From an uncultured Spirochaetota bacterium (GTDB lineage Bacteria > Spirochaetota > UBA4802 > UBA5550): DNA of 64,000 nucleotides. The position numbers were made by a program, and so were the translations under genes. The notes beneath the pieces were generated by a model that saw only the letters and a list, made by a program, of their open reading frames with translations, was not told the origin of the DNA and searched no databases. Positions 61,080 to 64,000 of the stretch are shown piece after piece (position 1 is the first letter of the stretch; every line of letters starts with the position of its first letter). The stretch lies in NCBI GenBank assembly GCA_963827275.1, contig CAWHAA010000005.1, positions 544,001 to 608,000 of the forward strand. Reading direction: 5' to 3'.

Positions 61080-62846
61080 ATGACTGATAAAGCCCGGATC
61101 AACATCGACAACCTGATAGAGCTCGGCTCATTTGAAGTGACCGTGGCAGAAAAGGAGCAGCTCCGGGGCGAGCTTGCCGAATTCCTGGAATACGCCCGGG
61201 TGATAAACGGCGCGCCCCAGCACCTGCCCCCGGCCAGCCATGCTGTTGATAAAGAACAACTGCTGCGAGACGACACGTCCGAGCCCCGGGGCGACCGTGC
61301 GCCGCTCCTCGGCAACGCGCCCGCCCTCCAGGGAGAAAGCTACCTGGTGCCGCCCCTCGCGGGAAGCGCCGCCACCGGTGAGGAAAAAAGCGTACCGTCT
61401 TCAGGCGCGGGTTCCGGAGTGTACGAGGTCGTGATCGGGCTCGAGGTGCACGCCCAGCTCAATACAAAGAGCAAGCTCTTCTGCTCCTGTCCGGTCGGGT
61501 TCGGGAGCGCGCCGAACGCCAATACCTGCCCCGTCTGTTCGGGCCAGCCCGGCGCCCTCCCGGTGCTGAACCGCGAGGCGGTCACCATGGCGATCATGGC
61601 GGGCCTGTCAATGGGATGCACCATCAACCGGCGATCACTCTTCGCGCGGAAAAACTATTTCTATCCTGACCTGCCCAAGGGCTACCAGATATCCCAGTTC
61701 GAGGAGCCTATCTGCAGCGGCGGCACCGTGGCTATCGAGCTTGATGGAATGATAAAAAATGTCCGCCTCAACAGGATCCACATGGAGGAGGACGCGGGCA
61801 AGCTCGTCCACGTGGGCGCACCGGGCATCTGGGGCTCCAAGGCGAGCGCGGTCGATTACAACCGGTCAAGCGTGCCCCTGGTCGAGATCGTCACCGAGCC
61901 TGATATCGGGTCGCCCGCCGAAGCGCGCGAGTACATGGTGATGCTCCGCTCCATCCTGGTGTCCCTCGGCATCTGTGACGGCAACATGGAAGAGGGAAAT
62001 CTCCGGTGCGACGCGAACGTGTCCCTGCGCGAGCGCGGCGACGAGGCCCTCGGCGTGAAGGTGGAGATCAAGAACATGAACTCCCTCAAGGCGATCGAGC
62101 GCGCCCTGTCCTACGAGATCGCGCGGCTCGGGACGATGAAAAAGAACAATATCCCCATACGCCAGGAGACCCGGCTCTGGGACGAAAGCGGCCAGAAGAC
62201 CTATTCGATGCGGAGCAAGGAGGAGTCGCACGACTACCGCTACTTCCCCGACCCCGACCTCCTGCCGCTCATGGTTGACGACGACTGGATCGAGCGCGCG
62301 CGGAAAGCGCTGCCGCCCATGCCGCTTGAGCGGAAGGCCCGCTACCAGCGCGAATTTTCCTTCAGCGAGCCTGAAGCGCGCCTCTTCATGATCAACCCCG
62401 CGTACGCGGACTTCTTTGAAAAGGCGCTCGGGTCCTATGACAACCCGCGCAACCTGGCGAACTGGCTCTTTTCCGAGCTGCTCTCCCACGAGGGCGACTT
62501 CGACCGCCTGCATATCACACCCGGGGATTTCGCCGCCTTTTTAAAAAGGGTCGACAGCGGCGAGATCAGCGGCAGGCTCGGCAAGGACATACTGCGCAAG
62601 GCCTTTGCCGGCAAAAAGGGCCTGGTCGAAATAATTGACGAAGAAGGCCTGAAACAGGTCACGGACCGCGGCGCCATAGAAGCCGCGGTGGACGAGGTGA
62701 TACGGGCCAATCCAGGCCAGGCCGCCGAATACCGAAGCGGCAAGACCAGGGTGCTCGGCTGGTTCGTGGGAGAGGTCATGAAGGCCACGAAGGGCAAGGC
62801 CAGCCCGGGGGTGGTGAATGAGGTGCTGAAGGAAAAATTGAAGTAA
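61080..62846 (+). CDS. gatC-gatB: Fusion of amidotransferase subunits GatC and GatB
   Basis: aa 1-93 GatC-like (LRDD...LLGNAP...YLVP); Ser/Gly linker; then YEVVIGLEVHAQL, RKNYFYPDLPKGYQI, HMEED, YRYFPDPDL, GEVMKATKGKA. Confidence 0.9.
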   Translation: MTDKARINIDNLIELGSFEVTVAEKEQLRGELAEFLEYARVINGAPQHLPPASHAVDKEQLLRDDTSEPRGDRAPLLGNAPALQGESYLVPPLAGSAATGEEKSVPSSGAGSGVYEVVIGLEVHAQLNTKSKLFCSCPVGFGSAPNANTCPVCSGQPGALPVLNREAVTMAIMAGLSMGCTINRRSLFARKNYFYPDLPKGYQISQFEEPICSGGTVAIELDGMIKNVRLNRIHMEEDAGKLVHVGAPGIWGSKASAVDYNRSSVPLVEIVTEPDIGSPAEAREYMVMLRSILVSLGICDGNMEEGNLRCDANVSLRERGDEALGVKVEIKNMNSLKAIERALSYEIARLGTMKKNNIPIRQETRLWDESGQKTYSMRSKEESHDYRYFPDPDLLPLMVDDDWIERARKALPPMPLERKARYQREFSFSEPEARLFMINPAYADFFEKALGSYDNPRNLANWLFSELLSHEGDFDRLHITPGDFAAFLKRVDSGEISGRLGKDILRKAFAGKKGLVEIIDEEGLKQVTDRGAIEAAVDEVIRANPGQAAEYRSGKTRVLGWFVGEVMKATKGKASPGVVNEVLKEKLK

Positions 62847-62852
62847 GTGAGA

Positions 62853-64000
62853 CTACTTGAAGCGCCAGAGGGTCATTTGTGGATGATCTTCAAAAAAACA
62901 TGTGTCCACCAGTAAAATCTTACCATGATAATCCAGTATCATGGAGGCTCCAGCTATTGAATTATGAGTCATCTCATATGGAAGATACCCACCAAGCCCA
63001 AAAGAATAATCCAACATGCCATTTTCATAATAACGCCAAATGACAAAACCCTTGTTATAATAGCCTGATACTAGTAATCTATTCTTTGAATCTGAAACAA
63101 TTGTCATGCCCTTCTGAAATTCATAATAATCTTCAGAAATTCTATAACTTCTTACCATTCCGTTTAGTTCCAAAATTCTCATCAAGCTCACCATTTTCAT
63201 CAAAACACCAAACCGCCATCGTTAACAAAGATGTCATTTCGTTTTGACTAGTACCACTAACCAATATTCTATCCTGTGAGTCAATTATTACGCTCATTCC
63301 ATAATCGAGACAACTTGATTGAGCATTAAAAGAAGCATCATCTCCAACAAAAAGGCCACCAACACAAAAATTCAAATCTGGTGTACCATTTTCATGATAC
63401 CTCCATAACGACATACATTTATAACAAATTGGATAATCAAGAAACTCATCATCTTCATATGCAACACTACCACAGGCTACAATTTTATCTTCTTCATCAA
63501 TAATAAAATCATTACATAATGTTTGAATAGCTGGAGCCCGTTCACCTTCAGAAGCATCACTAATTATAACACCTGTCGAATTAAATCCTTCATCTAATAT
63601 TCCATCACAGTTATATCGCCATAGTGCCATATATATTTTAGTATCAGGTGATAACTATCCCTCCACATACAACAATTCTTCCTCTACTATCAATTTTTAT
63701 TTTTTTGCCAATAGTATCTCCACCAAAAGCCGGGTTGTACTCATGAGCGTCAAAAACCGCAAATATAGTAAGCTTGTTAATCTTGGCACGTTCATCATAT
63801 TTCCAGATGATCATATTATAATGACCAGATTTTTCAACAAAACCAGTAATGTAAATTATCCCACTTGAATCTATTGTCATTCCACTCGCCGAACTTAAAC
63901 TATATAACTCTCCTTTCACATCTGCAGTAGAACCTGTGATATAGCCATTCGTACCGAATCCCAAATCCGGTGATCCATCGGGATTAAAACGCCAGAGAGC
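62853..64000 (-). pseudogene. Low-GC delta-60-repeat (beta-propeller) protein, broken by two frameshifts; 5' part lies outside the window
   Basis: Recurrent WRY..NG.LD..FG..G and ID..G.I.V.G units across ORFs 63644-63964, 63142-63630 and 62853-63203. Confidence 0.65.

Noticed and set aside
63648..63661. REP palindrome B copy (GTGATAACTATCC) at a frameshift site
   Set aside because: Only the 10-bp core matches, the arms do not pair fully and there is no adjacent motif A; it may be chance.

Overview
Bacterial chromosomal window, mostly GC-rich, with AT-richer patches at about 44.8-51 kb, 56-58 kb and 62.9-64 kb. The gene content (7TM-DISM sensors, FecR/ECF genes, membrane-anchored AraC, fatty-acid/CoA enzymes, class III multiheme cytochrome) suggests an anaerobic, possibly Spirochaetota/Leptospirae-like organism; this is an inference. 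It contains a split phosphate regulon (pstA, DUF47-pit, pstB-phoU-phoB-phoR, pstS and a porin, with Pho-box-like repeats), a TPP-riboswitch thiM-thiE-thiC-thiL operon, lipid/CoA metabolism genes and three chemoreceptors. Main points of interest: (1) the tRNA-dependent Asn pathway is encoded as two fusion genes, GatA::non-discriminating AspRS and GatC::GatB, which would give a covalently linked transamidosome; (2) a RAYT-type HUH transposase occurs with a two-part REP-like repeat family (GGGGTCAGAGTAA plus the palindrome ACCGATAGTTATCGGT) found as a tandem array, an inverted cassette and solo copies; (3) a candidate peptide/lipid signalling cassette of KAS III, a Nif11-like small peptide, a hairpin, a sensor kinase and a LuxR-type regulator; (4) two tandem paralogues whose C-termini resemble the eukaryotic Janus/PHPT1 phosphohistidine phosphatase; (5) a dodecaheme cytochrome c lipoprotein and a Ser/Thr kinase::HAD phosphatase fusion. 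Several single-base frameshifts look like assembly errors, so fusion and split calls need read-level confirmation. All family assignments were made by eye from motifs; no searches were run.
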